From positions 7,502,001 to 7,566,000 of the forward strand of contig CM060731.1 of assembly GCA_030704615.1 (NCBI GenBank): a DNA stretch of 64,000 bases. Reading direction: 5' to 3'. Shown piece after piece: positions 63,522-64,000 of the stretch. A program made the position numbers and the translations under genes. How positions within the stretch are numbered: the first letter of the stretch is position 1; each line of letters begins with the position of its first letter. The stretch comes from Takakia lepidozioides (taxonomy: Eukaryota; Plantae; Bryophyta). The notes under the pieces are model-generated. The model saw nothing but the letters and a program-made list of their open reading frames with translations, ran no database searches and was not told the origin of the DNA.

Positions 63522-64000
63522 CGAGTCCCAAGACTCCCCACGACTCCCACCACGAGGTCTCCGCCCCCATGGTGAGTCCTATGCCACCCCCACTAAGTCC
63601 CACTAAGCTACCACCACCCCTTGTGGAGCCACCCCCACCGCAACCCGGTGTGCGGGGCTCCACCTAGTGAGCGCCTCCGCTCCTGAGTGCCTTGGGCACT
63701 CAAGGGTGCTTCAGCCCCCCATACCTATCGTTGTTGCTGCCCCCACCACAGGGGCAGCCCCTCATGTGTCCCGACCCCCTGCCCTCAAGGCAAAGGGCCG
63801 CGACACACACCCCTACCAACAGGGAGTCGATGTCCTCATCGACTTGTCCATTTTGTAGAAACGAACATCCAAGTTGTGGCATCCCACATCAAGGAGTTTG
63901 TTTCTGTACCATGGCGTCCCATGGCAAAGAACCAAACCCCACACTTGACTCTACTCTCCACTAGCTAGTTCGGCCCGACTTCCTCCAAGTCCCGGCCAAG

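Overview
Plant nuclear DNA, probably a non-seed land plant (inferred from the spliceosomal introns, PLS-class PPR-DYW genes and transposon set), almost entirely nested transposons plus two tandem PPR-DYW RNA-editing genes. (1) A degenerate Ty3/gypsy retrotransposon (about 44.7-55.4 kb, with its 5' end displaced to 7.5-7.85 kb) has a DNMT3-like C5 cytosine methyltransferase between protease and RT, a PHD finger at the integrase C-terminus and a self-priming PBS. Its termini form a split/permuted repeat layout (A...B-A-B) not expected for a DDE-integrase element. (2) Two divergent GCM-domain Mutator-like elements each have their own variant of a CGGCGCCG-core palindrome in long arrays. (3) A spliced pseudogene (<1-3863) fuses a ParB/Srx-like DGNHR domain to a degenerate beta-class amino-methyltransferase fold; the same palindrome occurs upstream of it and in its introns. 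(4) Matching target-site duplications show a piggyBac > Mutator > gypsy nest split by a roughly 37-kb inversion (or a misjoin). (5) The PPR-DYW genes carry N-terminal OSB-type PDF repeats. All calls are by eye; no database searches were run.
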